This document shows, in pieces, positions 54,705 to 64,000 of a stretch of 64,000 nucleotides of DNA. Position numbers and translations under genes: made by a program. This stretch comes from an uncultured Gammaproteobacteria bacterium (lineage in GTDB: Bacteria > Pseudomonadota > Gammaproteobacteria > Steroidobacterales > Rariloculaceae): NCBI GenBank assembly GCA_963702105.1, contig OY969712.1:4232388-4296387 (forward strand), written 5' to 3'. The notes below the pieces were generated by a model that searched no databases, was not told the origin of the DNA, and saw only the letters and a list, made by a program, of their open reading frames with translations. Each line of letters opens with the position of its first letter. Positions within the stretch are counted from its first letter, which is position 1.

Positions 54705-55217
54705 ATGACGATCATGAAGCCGTTCAACCTGCTCGACTGGATCGAACGCCACCGCCCGGAGCTGCGCCCGCCCGTCTGCAACAAGCAGCTCTACGAGGGC
54801 GAGGACTTCATCGTTCAGGTCGTCGGCGGACCGAACTCGCGCACGGACTACCATCACGACGAGGGACCCGAGCTGTTCTACCAGCTCGAGGGCGACATGC
54901 TGCTGAAGACCGTGCAGGACGGCGGCTTCGTCGACGTCCCGATCCGCGAGGGCGAGATGTTCCTGCTGCCGCCCCGCGTGCCGCACTCGCCTCAGCGCTT
55001 TGCGAATACCGTAGGCCTCGTCGTAGAGCGCCGGCGCGGCCCCGAGGAGCTCGACGGCTTCATGTGGTTCTGCGAGCGCTGCGGCGCGAAGCTGCACGAG
55101 GAATTCCTGCACGTCTCCGACATCGTCAAGGACCTGCCGCCGGTCTTCGCACGCTTCCATGCGAACGAGGACGCGCGCACCTGCAAGCGCTGCGGCTGGA
55201 TCATGCCGCCCGCATGA
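54705..55217 (+). CDS. nbaC: 3-hydroxyanthranilate 3,4-dioxygenase
   Basis: ATG after GGAGA. Cupin core DYHHDEGPELFYQLEGDM...EGEMFLLPPRVPHSPQR. C-terminal CERCG...CKRCG site. Confidence 0.9.
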   Translation: MTIMKPFNLLDWIERHRPELRPPVCNKQLYEGEDFIVQVVGGPNSRTDYHHDEGPELFYQLEGDMLLKTVQDGGFVDVPIREGEMFLLPPRVPHSPQRFANTVGLVVERRRGPEELDGFMWFCERCGAKLHEEFLHVSDIVKDLPPVFARFHANEDARTCKRCGWIMPPA

Positions 55218-56506
55218 GCCCGTCCGCGGCGCCGCCGCCCGTGCCTTTCGGTCCCGGCAGGGAACAGGCGGAAGCGCTCGACGCGGCCGACCCACTCGCG
55301 CCGTTCCGGCAGGCCTTCGAGCTGCCGCGGCAGGGCGACCGGCCGCTGACCTACCTATCCGGGCATTCGCTCGGGCCGCTGCCGCACGCTGCGCGCAGGG
55401 CCGTCGAGGCGGAGCTCAGGCGCTGGTCCGAGTGCGCGGTCGAAGGGCATTTCGAGCTCGAAGGCTGGCTGCGTTATCACGAGCGCTTCGCGGCACCGCT
55501 CGCGCGGCTCGTCGGCGCTGGCCCGGACGAGGTCGTCGCGATGAACACGCTGACGGTCAACCTCCACCTGCTGCTTGCGAGCTTCTACGAGCCGACGCCC
55601 GAGCGCCACAAGATCCTCATCGAGCGCGACGCGTTTCCGTCCGACCGCTTCGCGGTCCGCTCCCAGATCTCCTGGCACGGCTTCGACCCGGCGGGCTCGC
55701 TGCTCGAGCTGAACCCCGCGCCCGGGAGTCTCACGCTCGATCTCGGTCGCCTCGGGGAGATTCTCGAGGCCGAGGGCGAGCGGATCGCGCTCGTGCTGCT
55801 CCCGGGCGTGCAGTATCTGAGCGGCCAGGCGCTCGACATCGCGGCAGCCGTGCGCCTCGCGGCGCGCCACGGGTGCCGGATCGGGTTCGATCTCGCGCAC
55901 GCCATCGGCAATGTGCCGCTCGCGCTCTCGGCCGCCGGCGCCGATTTCGCGGTCTGGTGCAGCTACAAGTACCTCAACGCCGGCCCGGGCGCCGTCGGCG
56001 GCTGCTTCGTGCACCGCCGCTGGTTCGACGCGGGCCTGCCGCGCCTCGAGGGCTGGTGGGGCACTCGCGAGGCCCGCCGCTTCGACGCGGCCGCAGCGTT
56101 CGCGCCGATGCCGGGCGCCGCCGCCTGGCAGCTCAGTAACCCGCCCATCCTCTCGCTGGCGCCGCTTGCGGCCTCGCTCGCGATCTTCGACGACGCGGGC
56201 CTCGAGGCCCTGCGCGCCAAGTCGGAGCGTCTCACGGGTTATCTGGAATACCTGCTGTGCACGCGCCTCGGCGACCGGGCACGGCTGCTGACGCCGAGCG
56301 CCCCGACGGCGCGCGGCTGCCAGCTCTCGCTCGAGCTCGATCTCGCGCCCGAGGCGGCCGCGGCCGTGCCGGCCGGCCTGCGCGAGGCCGGAGTCGTTGC
56401 CGACTGGCGGCCGCCGGCCGTCCTGCGGCTCGCGCCCGCCCCGCTCTACAACCGCTTCGTGGACGTCTTCGACGCAGTCGCCGCGCTGGCGAAGGCCCTG
56501 CCGTGA
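55214..56506 (+). CDS. kynU: kynureninase
   Basis: The ATG overlaps the upstream stop (ATGA). ...YLSGHSLGP..., AVWCSYKYLNAGPGAVGG (PLP-Lys motif). Confidence 0.9.
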   Translation: MSPSAAPPPVPFGPGREQAEALDAADPLAPFRQAFELPRQGDRPLTYLSGHSLGPLPHAARRAVEAELRRWSECAVEGHFELEGWLRYHERFAAPLARLVGAGPDEVVAMNTLTVNLHLLLASFYEPTPERHKILIERDAFPSDRFAVRSQISWHGFDPAGSLLELNPAPGSLTLDLGRLGEILEAEGERIALVLLPGVQYLSGQALDIAAAVRLAARHGCRIGFDLAHAIGNVPLALSAAGADFAVWCSYKYLNAGPGAVGGCFVHRRWFDAGLPRLEGWWGTREARRFDAAAAFAPMPGAAAWQLSNPPILSLAPLAASLAIFDDAGLEALRAKSERLTGYLEYLLCTRLGDRARLLTPSAPTARGCQLSLELDLAPEAAAAVPAGLREAGVVADWRPPAVLRLAPAPLYNRFVDVFDAVAALAKALP

Positions 56507-57861
56507 GCCACGCGGCTGGAGCGCCGACCGCGGTCGTCGGCGGCGGCCTCGCCGGCAGCCTGCTCGCCATCCTGCTTGCGCGGCGCGGCTTCGCGCCCGT
56601 CGTCGTCGAACGCGCGACGGAGGAAGAATCGCGCACTCCGGCCGGCGGCCGCTCGATCAATCTCGCGCTCGCGGCCCGCGGCATGGCCGCGCTGGAGCGC
56701 GCGGGCGTCCTCGCAGACGTGCTGCCGCTGCTTCTGCCCATGCGCGGGCGGCTCGTGCACACCGGGAACGCCGAGCGCTTCCTGCCGTACGGGCAGCGCC
56801 GCGGCGAGGAGATCTACTCCGTTTCCCGAGCCGATCTCAACGGCAGGCTGCAGACGGTCGCGCGCGAGCGCTTCGGCGTCGAATACCGCTATGGACACGC
56901 CTGCGTGGGCATCGACCCGGCCCGCGGCGCGCCCATCGTCGAGGCCGGCGGCGCGCGCTACGCGCTCGAAGCCGGTGTGGTGTTCGCGACCGACGGTGCG
57001 GGCTCCGAGGTGAGGCGCGCGCTCGCGGCGGCGGGGCGCGTGCGCGCGAGCGAGGAGTTGCTCGACCACGGCTATGTCGAGCTTACGATCCCGGCGAATC
57101 GTGCAGGCGGCTTCGCGCTTCGCCCCGACGGTCTGCACATCTGGCCGCGCGGCGGGTTCATGCTCATCGCGCTGCCGAATACCGATCGAAGCTTTACGGC
57201 CACGCTGTTCCTGCCGCTCGAGGGCGACCCGAGCTTTACGGCCCTGCGCGAGGCTGGCCGCGTCCGCACGTTCTTCGAGGCCGAGTTTCCCGATGCGCTC
57301 GCGTTGATCCCGAACCTCGAGGCGGAGCTCGCGGCCCGCGCGGTCGGTACGCTAGGCAGCGTTTACTGCGAACCCTGGAGCGCCGCCGGCAGCATCCTTC
57401 TGCTCGGCGATGCCGCCCACGCCATCGTGCCGTTTCACGGCCAGGGCATGAACGCGGCCTTCGAGGACTGCGCGGTGCTCGACGCCGCGATCGACCGCCT
57501 CGGCGGCGACTGGGCGGCCGTGCTGCGCGACTTCGAGCGCGGCCGCAAGGCCGACGCCGATGCGATCGCCGCGATGGCCCTCGAGAATTACCGCGAGATG
57601 CGCGACACGGTGCGAAGCCCGGACTTCGAGCTCCGGCGAGAGATTGCGTTCGAGCTCGAGCGGCGCCATCCCGACCGCTTCGTGCCGCGGTATTCCATGG
57701 TCATGTTCCACCCCGAGATCGCCTATGCGGAGGCGCGGCGGCGCGGCGCCGTGCAGGCCGAGATCCTGGCCGACCTCGCGGCCGGCAAACGTGCGCTCCA
57801 GCAAGTCGACTTCGAGCGCGGCGAGGCGCTCGTCTGCGAGCGGTTGGCGCCGATCGGCTGA
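56503..57861 (+). CDS. kmo: kynurenine 3-monooxygenase (FAD-dependent)
   Basis: The GTG overlaps the kynU stop (GTGA). VVGGGLAGSLLA, RSINLALAARG, LLGDAAHAIVPFHGQGMNAAFED. Confidence 0.9.
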   Translation: MSHAAGAPTAVVGGGLAGSLLAILLARRGFAPVVVERATEEESRTPAGGRSINLALAARGMAALERAGVLADVLPLLLPMRGRLVHTGNAERFLPYGQRRGEEIYSVSRADLNGRLQTVARERFGVEYRYGHACVGIDPARGAPIVEAGGARYALEAGVVFATDGAGSEVRRALAAAGRVRASEELLDHGYVELTIPANRAGGFALRPDGLHIWPRGGFMLIALPNTDRSFTATLFLPLEGDPSFTALREAGRVRTFFEAEFPDALALIPNLEAELAARAVGTLGSVYCEPWSAAGSILLLGDAAHAIVPFHGQGMNAAFEDCAVLDAAIDRLGGDWAAVLRDFERGRKADADAIAAMALENYREMRDTVRSPDFELRREIAFELERRHPDRFVPRYSMVMFHPEIAYAEARRRGAVQAEILADLAAGKRALQQVDFERGEALVCERLAPIG

Positions 57862-57916
57862 GCGTCGGCGCACCGTGCGCCTCAATGTATGAGAGATGTA
57901 AGGCGAGGCCTAACCG

Positions 57917-58528
57917 CTATTTCAACCCCAGTTTCCGGCCGGCGGCCAGGAGCTCGACAGCCTCGCGGATTCGCTTCTGCCTCGTTTCCTCCCGCTTCGC
58001 CGCTTGTATCCAGGCCACGAAGACCCTTCGGTAGGACGGAGCGAGGGCCTCGAAATGGCGCAACGCGGCCGGGTTCAGGTCGAGCGCTTCGCGAACGTAG
58101 ACGGGGACTTCCGCGGGCGCGCTCTTCGAGGGCGCATCGCCGCCGGGCGCGTCGCCGCTGCGGCCGGTCGGCGGCCGCTCGAGTCCCGAAGTCGCCAGCA
58201 ATCCCTGCGCCTGCAGCTTCGCATACCGCTTCCTGTTGAGCGCGGACCAGCGGCTGTCCTCGCGTCGCGGCGTGAATTTGCGGGCGTATCGCTCGTCGTC
58301 GAGGCGACGTATCAAGCTGTCGACCCAGCCGAAGCACAGGGCTTCCTCGACGGCCTCTTCGTATTCGATGCAGCTCACGCGAGTATGGCGCTTGTGGAAC
58401 ACGAGCCAGATCTCGGTTGCCGAGGAGCCATAGACCTCGAGCCAGCGGCGCCATTCTCGCCGCGTCCGCACGTCTAGGGTCTCGATTCCGGCCACTGCGT
58501 TACGCCTCCTCCGCGTCGCGACGACCAC
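57917..58528 (-). CDS. YdeI/OmpD-associated family protein
   Basis: ...REWRRWLEVYGSSATEIWLVFHKR...YEEAVEEALCFGWVDS...FTPRR..S.WS..N...AP..RRVFVAWIQAAKREETRQKRI. Family assignment is from memory. Confidence 0.7.
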   Translation of the reverse strand: MVVATRRRRNAVAGIETLDVRTRREWRRWLEVYGSSATEIWLVFHKRHTRVSCIEYEEAVEEALCFGWVDSLIRRLDDERYARKFTPRREDSRWSALNRKRYAKLQAQGLLATSGLERPPTGRSGDAPGGDAPSKSAPAEVPVYVREALDLNPAALRHFEALAPSYRRVFVAWIQAAKREETRQKRIREAVELLAAGRKLGLK

Positions 58529-58652
58529 GAGTCTCCCCGCGAACGTGCCTGCTTCGCGCGCCGGGTATTGTCGTACCTGACGGAGCGCGCTTCAAAAGAT
58601 TCGCGGCCGACCTGCCTGATCTCGCATCGCCGCGAGGTCCGCAACTTCGGGG

Positions 58653-61083
58653 CTACGATCCCGATAGCCAATCCATCTGCCGCTCGTCGCCGATGACGCG
58701 CTCGAAGTCTAGCCCCAGCGTCTGGAGCACGGGCTCGGCCACGGGCCGGATCTGCTTCTCGACGTAGTGCTCCCGGTCGAGCGGATGGCGCAGGTTGTCG
58801 AGCGGCTCGGCGCCGGCCGTCGTCATGATGTAGCTCACGAGCCGTCCCGCATCGTTGGACTTCCGCGCGGCGGCCACGTGAGGGGGTGTCGAGGCCGTGT
58901 ACGCCTCGGCATTTTTGCGCAGCTGCTTGCGGTACACGAGCGCTCCATCGAGCTCGCCCCGCCTGAGCCGCCGCACGACGCCCGCGAGATAGGCGTCGAC
59001 GGGTTGGCCGGCGAACAGTCTCGCATAGAGCTCCCGCTGCACGTCCTTGGCGAGCGCGGTCCAGTCGCGCCGTACGACCTCCATGCCGACGAACTCGACC
59101 CCGCCGCCGGCGAGCAGCCCCACATACCGCTTGCTCGCGCCGCGTGCGCTGTGGCGCGCATGGGGCAAAAACAGTTTGATGTAGAGCTTCTCGAATTCGA
59201 TCTCGAGCCGGCTCGCGACACGACAACGCTCCTCGAGATGGCGTGCGAGGGCGGCGTTGAGCGCCGCGGCGAGCTCGCGGGCCCGCGCATCGAGCGCATC
59301 GAGCGCATCGGGCGCATCGAGCGCATCGGGCGCATCGGGCGCATCGGGCGCATCGAGCGACGCGGGGGCGGCGCCGGCGATCGGCTCCGCCTGCGAGCCC
59401 TCGGCCGCCGCCTCGACGAACAGGCTGTCCGTGTCGCCGTAAAGCACGCGAAACCCCGCCGCCTCGAACCACCGCTTGGCCCACAGCAGCAGCTCCCGGC
59501 CCGTGCCCGTGATCGCGTTCGCGAGCGCCGGATTGTAGAACCGGCAGGCCGGCGTGCCGAGCACGCCGTAGAACGAGTTCATGAGGATCTTGACCGCATG
59601 CGCGGCGACCGCGTCGCCGCGGCGCTTCGCCGCCTCGCGCTGCGGAAAGAGCTCGTCGAGAAGCCCCGGCAGGATCCCGGGCGCGCGCCGGAAGGCGGCG
59701 GCCGGCGTGCGTATGAGATCGTCCGCCGGCGAGGGCTCGGCGACGAACGTCAACGGATCGATGTTGAAGCTGCGGATGATGCTCGGATACAGGCTCTTGA
59801 AGTCGAACACCCAGACCGCGGCGTGAAGGCCGGGCGCGGGTTCGAGCACGTGTCCGCCCTGTTGCGCGGCGTGCACGCGGGCGTCGTCGCCGCGAACCGT
59901 CGGCGCCACGAGGCCGCGCCGCTCGAGCTCGGCCAAATACAGGAAATCGAACGACGCGATGCTGGCGGCCACGCGGTCGGGGGTCATTCCCGTAAGGCGA
60001 CTGCGGGCGAACGCGAGGCGCACGAGATCGAGGCGCTCGACGATCTCGAAGGCGAGGCGGGCGTCCGTGCGGGCGTAGCGGGCGAACGCGGCGAGATCGT
60101 GGCGATAGTCGTGCAGGATCTCCGCCGCGCGCTCCCGGACGTCCCCGTGCAGCGCCTTACCCTCGCCGAGCACTGCCCGCGCCACGGCATCGAGCGAGTA
60201 GTCCTCCATGCGCACGAAGGCACCGCGCAGCAAATTGATCCCGTCCAGCACGAGCCGGCCCGGGAGGCTGGCCTGGCCGCTGCCGAACCAGCCTTCGGCC
60301 TTGCGCAAGCGCAGCCGGCCCGGTCCGCGGCCGAGCGCGAGGGGATGCTGCACGCGCGCCGCGATCCGCTGCAGCACCGTCAGATCGAAGTCGATGGTGT
60401 TCCAGCCCGTCAGGAACGTCGGGATCGAGCTCGGCCACGCGGACGCAGAACGCTTCGGGGGCCTCGCGCTCGTCGGCGCAGCGCGTCGCGCGCTCGGGCA
60501 TGGCGCGCTCCGAGCCGTCGACGACGAGCACCTCGTCGCTGCCGAGGCCGTAAAGAGACACGGCAAGCAGGCGCCGAGCCTTCGGATCGGTTTCGATGTC
60601 GAACGACAGTATGCGGGGTTCGATCTCGACGGCCGCGGGCGCGATCTTCGCGTCCTCGAACACGAGGGAAACGCCGCGCCCCGGCCGTCCGGCTCCCTCG
60701 ATTTCGCAGCCGCCCTTGACGCCGCGCTCCATGAGGTAGCGGACGGCGAAGCGCACGTCCGCTTCGAAGGTCTCGATGCCCGCGGCGTGCAGCCGCTCTC
60801 TGATCGCCGGAACGTCCTGCGGCGTCTCCGTCTCGATCCTGCAGACGGTGGCGCCCGCGAACGTCCGGCGGTCGTCCGGCTCGAGAACGCCGAGCCCGAG
60901 CGCCTTCGCCTTCGGCGCAGCGGCCGCCAGGACGAAAAAGAGAGGGCGCTGACGCGTGTCGCGAAAGAGAAACGTGCGCCCGTCTTCGAGGCGGCCGTAG
61001 AGATGGATGACGGGCACGCGCCTCCCGCCTGCTCCGGCTTCGATGCGATAGCTGGCCTGCAGAATGAAGCCGCGGACGTTCAT
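58653..61083 (-). pseudogene. polB: family-B DNA polymerase (Pol II, polB) split by a single-nucleotide frameshift at ~60414
   Basis: Track ORF 60157..61083 carries the N-terminal and exonuclease part (ExoI LSFDIETD) up to ...VAELDPDV. Track ORF 58653..60566, in another frame, resumes at LTGWNTIDFDL. It then has motif A DFKSLYPSII, motif B KILMNSFYG and motif C YGDTDS. The total span is 2431 nt = 3n+1. Removing one C from GTT-C-CTG gives DPDVLTGWN, compared with E. coli Pol II DPDVIIGWN (from memory). Confidence 0.8.
59287..59358. repeat. 9-bp tandem repeat x8 (GCATCGRGC) inside polB encoding (DA[PL])8
   Basis: Read directly. The protein shows LDAPDAPDAPDALDAPDALDALDA just after motif C. Confidence 0.85.
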
Positions 61084-61131
61084 TGCTCGATTGTGCCCGA
61101 GCCGAGCTTCGCGGGGGGCCCGCGCGAGGGG

Positions 61132-61926
61132 TCAGACCGCGATAGGGGCCTTGATCGAGGGATGTGCGCGGTAGCCGACGATCTCGAAGTCTTCGAAGCG
61201 GTAGTCGAAGATCGAAGCGGGCCGGCGCTTGATCTCGAGCCGCGGCAGCGGGAACGGCTCGCGCGAGAGCTGTTCGCGGGCCTGCTCGAGATGGTTGGAA
61301 TACAGATGGCAGTCGCCGCCCGTCCAGACGAAATCCCCGGGCAGAAGATCCGTCTGTTGCGCCACCATGTGCGTGAGCAGCGCGTAAGAGGCGATGTTGA
61401 ACGGCACGCCGAGGAAGACGTCGGCGCTGCGCTGGTAGAGCTGGCAGGAGAGGCGGCCGCCGGCCACGTAGAACTGGAACAGCGCATGGCAAGGCGAAAG
61501 CGCCATGCGTTCGAGCTCGCCGACGTTCCAGGCGCTGACGATGATGCGCCTCGAGTCCGGATCCTTGCGGATCGAGTCCACGGCGCGCTGGATCTGGTCG
61601 ACGCGGCGGCCGTCGGCCGTGCGCCAGGCGCGCCATTGCGCCCCGTAGACCGGCCCGAGGTCGCCGTTCTCGTCGGCCCACTCGTCCCAGATCGTAACGC
61701 CGTGCTCGCGCAGGTAGCCGACGTTCGTGTCTCCCTGGAGGAACCACAGCAGCTCGTGAATGATCGAGCGCAGATGCAGCCTTTTAGTCGTGACAAGCGG
61801 GAAGCCCGCCGCGAGGTCGAAGCGCATCTGGTAGCCGAAGAGACTCAGCGTGCCGGTTCCGGTACGATCCTCCTTGCGCGCGCCGCGCTCGAGGACGGCC
61901 TCGAGCAGATCAAGATACGGTCGCAT
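61132..61926 (-). CDS. thyA: thymidylate synthase ThyA
   Basis: MRPYLDLL...[11 protein letters not shown]...[12 protein letters not shown]...[18 protein letters not shown]. 264 aa. Confidence 0.95.
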   Translation of the reverse strand: MRPYLDLLEAVLERGARKEDRTGTGTLSLFGYQMRFDLAAGFPLVTTKRLHLRSIIHELLWFLQGDTNVGYLREHGVTIWDEWADENGDLGPVYGAQWRAWRTADGRRVDQIQRAVDSIRKDPDSRRIIVSAWNVGELERMALSPCHALFQFYVAGGRLSCQLYQRSADVFLGVPFNIASYALLTHMVAQQTDLLPGDFVWTGGDCHLYSNHLEQAREQLSREPFPLPRLEIKRRPASIFDYRFEDFEIVGYRAHPSIKAPIAV

Positions 61927-62716
61927 CCGCGCGCACCCTGCGATGAAGGCGGTAAGCCAATACCAGAAGCACGGCGCCCGTGACGATCATGGGCGCGGAC
62001 AGGATTTGGCCCATCGTGACCCAGCCGAAAGCGAGGTAGCCGTACTGCGGGTCCGGCACGCGGATGAACTCGACGGTAAAGCGAAAGATCCCGTAAAGCA
62101 GCAGGAACAAGCCCGAGACGGCCATGCGGGGGCGCGACTGCCGCGAGAACGCCCACAGCACCACGAACATGACGAGCCCCTCGAGGAACGCCTCGTAAAG
62201 CTGGCTGGGCTGGCGGGGGACGCCGTCCACCATGACGGCCCAGGGCGCATTGGGGCTCGTGACCTTGCCCCAGAGCTCGCCGTTGATGAAGTTGCCGACA
62301 CGCACGAGCCCGAGCCCGGGTGGAATCCAGGGCGCGATGAAATCCGTCATCGCGAAGAACGGTTGACCGATGTGCCGGCCGTAGAGCCACATGGCGAGCA
62401 GCACGCCCAACAATCCCCCGTGAAAGGACATGCCGCCCTGCCAGAGCATGAAAAGGCTCAACGGGTGCGCGATCAGGCCCGGCAGATCGTAAAACAGCAT
62501 GTAACCGATGCGGCCGCCGACGATGACGCCGAGCGCGCAATAAAAGACGAGATCGTCCACCTGGGCGCGCTTGATCGGGCTGTCGGGCCGGCCCGCGCGG
62601 GCCCGCGCCCCGAGCCAGCCGAGCCCGAAGCCGGCGAGGTACATGAGCCCGTACCAGTGAACCTGGAGCGGGCCAATGTGAAAAGCGATCGGATTGAAAT
62701 GGGGATATTGGATCAA
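61910..62716 (-). CDS. lgt: prolipoprotein diacylglyceryl transferase Lgt
   Basis: [17 protein letters not shown]...GGRIGY...GGMSFHGG. Overlaps thyA by 17 nt (classic lgt-thyA arrangement). Confidence 0.95.
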   Translation of the reverse strand: MIQYPHFNPIAFHIGPLQVHWYGLMYLAGFGLGWLGARARAGRPDSPIKRAQVDDLVFYCALGVIVGGRIGYMLFYDLPGLIAHPLSLFMLWQGGMSFHGGLLGVLLAMWLYGRHIGQPFFAMTDFIAPWIPPGLGLVRVGNFINGELWGKVTSPNAPWAVMVDGVPRQPSQLYEAFLEGLVMFVVLWAFSRQSRPRMAVSGLFLLLYGIFRFTVEFIRVPDPQYGYLAFGWVTMGQILSAPMIVTGAVLLVLAYRLHRRVRADATVS

Positions 62717-62840
62717 GTTAGTGGCCGCCGACGGGTTGGCGTGAATACGGCGCCTTGAGCAGGCCGTTAGTGTAAACGGGGCCGGCCGGGGGTGCCACCA
62801 CGAGGCCTCCCGTTGGGCCGGCGCTTGCTATAGTTGGGCC

Positions 62841-64000
62841 ATGACGAACCGTCTCGCGCACGAAACGAGCCCCTATCTGCGCCAGCACGCCGAGAACCCG
62901 GTCGACTGGTACCCCTGGGGCGAGGAGGCCCTCGCGCGCGCCCGCGCCGAGCACAAGCCCATCCTCCTTTCGATCGGCTACTCGGCCTGCCACTGGTGCC
63001 ATGTCATGGCCCACGAGTCGTTCGAGGACGCCGAGACGGCCGCGCTCATGAACCGGCTCTACGTCAACGTCAAGGTAGACCGCGAGGAGCGGCCCGACCT
63101 CGACCGCATCTATCAGACCGCGCATCAGCTGTATACCGGGCGCGGCGGCGGGTGGCCGTTGACCTGCTTTCTGACGCCGGAGGATCACGTGCCCGTCGTC
63201 GTCGGCACGTATTTCCCCAAGGAACCGCGCTTCGGGATGCCGCCTTTCAAGCAGGTGCTGACGCAGGTCGAAGCCTATTTTCGCCAGTATCCGGACGAGA
63301 TCGAGGCGCGGGGCGCCGCGCTCGTCGAGGCGCTCGGAAAGATCGAAACGCCGGCGCCGGCCGCCGGCGGCCCGCCGACGCGCGCGCCGATCGATCTCGC
63401 GCGCGAGCGGCTCGCTGCCGCCTTCGACCCAGAGAACGGCGGCTTCGGCGGCGCGCCGAAATTTCCGCGCGCGACGGCACTCGAGCTGCTGCTCGAGCAC
63501 ACCGCCTCCGAACCCGCGCCGCGCGACGCCGAGGCCACGGGCCGCATGGTGGCCGTGACGCTCGAACATATGGCCCTCGCCGGGCTCTACGACCAGCTCG
63601 GCGGCGGATTCTATCGCTACACGGTCGACGCAAGCTGGTCGATCCCGCACTTCGAGAAGATGCTCTACGACAACGCAGAGCTCCTGGCCCTCTACAGCGA
63701 CGCCTATGCCGCGACGGGCGAGCCGCTCTACGCGCGCATCGCGAGCGAGACCGCCGACTGGGTCATGCGCGACATGCAGGACGCGCGCGGCGGCTATTAC
63801 TCGACGATCGATGCGGACTCCGAAGGCGAGGAGGGCAAGTTCTACCTCTGGACTGCCGAGGAGCTCGACGAGCTGCTCGCGGAGCCCGAAGCCGGCCTCG
63901 CGAAACGGGTCTTCGGCCTCGACGGGCCGCCTAACTTCGAGCAGCGCGCGTGGCACCTGCACCGGCTCCGCACACCCGAGCAGGCGGCAGCCGACCTCGG
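62841..64000 (+). CDS. thioredoxin-domain (DUF255/YyaL-like) protein, N-terminal part (runs off the right edge)
   Basis: Absent from the ORF track (open at the edge). My translation from the ATG at 62841 reads [91 protein letters not shown]... Confidence 0.85.
   Translation, partial: MTNRLAHETSPYLRQHAENPVDWYPWGEEALARARAEHKPILLSIGYSACHWCHVMAHESFEDAETAALMNRLYVNVKVDREERPDLDRIYQTAHQLYTGRGGGWPLTCFLTPEDHVPVVVGTYFPKEPRFGMPPFKQVLTQVEAYFRQYPDEIEARGAALVEALGKIETPAPAAGGPPTRAPIDLARERLAAAFDPENGGFGGAPKFPRATALELLLEHTASEPAPRDAEATGRMVAVTLEHMALAGLYDQLGGGFYRYTVDASWSIPHFEKMLYDNAELLALYSDAYAATGEPLYARIASETADWVMRDMQDARGGYYSTIDADSEGEEGKFYLWTAEELDELLAEPEAGLAKRVFGLDGPPNFEQRAWHLHRLRTPEQAAADL

Noticed and set aside
60405-60425. 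Programmed ribosomal frameshift in polB
   Set aside because: I saw no slippery heptamer or obvious downstream stimulatory structure at GAC GTT C CTG ACG. A mutation or a base-calling error is the simpler explanation. It is still flagged as a finding for verification.

Overview
Very GC-rich bacterial chromosomal segment. GC content was judged by eye, not computed. The many long R/A/P/G-rich ORFs in the track that lie antisense to or overlap better genes are composition artefacts.

The lptD-surA-pdxA-rsmA-apaH block, lgt-thyA, rhlE and the general gene content suggest a high-GC Gammaproteobacterium (inference only). I support about 47 protein-coding genes and one frameshifted gene (polB). I found no rRNA or tRNA, no CRISPR, and no transposase, integrase or phage genes.

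Layout, left to right:
- 1-3649: partial TonB-dependent receptor, two small secreted proteins and a Rieske oxygenase.
- 3963-7721: ferritin-like / hemerythrin-DUF892 / DUF4142 / PRC-barrel stress-type cluster.
- 7835-11449: 1204-aa FG-GAP plus Ig-repeat surface protein.
- 12013-15545: rhlE, an RRM RNA-binding protein and an SLC13 permease.
- 15546-16405: 860-bp repeat-dense non-coding region.
- 16406-18661: GNAT-macro-GNAT-unknown operon.
- 18787-26566: oxidoreductase and hydrolase genes.
- 26708-29892: ABC ATPase plus membrane-fusion protein without a permease, then a dienelactone hydrolase.
- 29913-44827: main candidate for an undescribed system. It is a tightly overlapping seven-gene minus-strand operon: VWA/GATase-like membrane protein, caspase/legumain-like EF-hand protein, TPR-HEMAH metallopeptidase-like protein, MoxR AAA+, DUF58, BatA_N-VWA, and a 1334-aa TM/Ig-like/Q-rich coiled-coil protein. 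A divergent small ORF, a C13 homopolymer tract and a DUF4159 gene sit next to it.
- 44845-64000: TPP enzyme, murU-like, lptD-surA-pdxA-rsmA, apaH, 3-HAO/kynureninase/KMO (kynurenine-to-quinolinate genes), YdeI-like, frameshifted polB, thyA, lgt and a partial DUF255 thioredoxin-domain protein.

A family of nested-palindrome REP/MITE-like elements occupies four intergenic loci (six copies).

Coordinate caveat: CDS ends come from the ORF track, and revised starts were obtained by codon arithmetic within track ORFs. Repeat, hairpin and promoter coordinates were read from the numbered sequence by eye and may be off by 1-2 nt.
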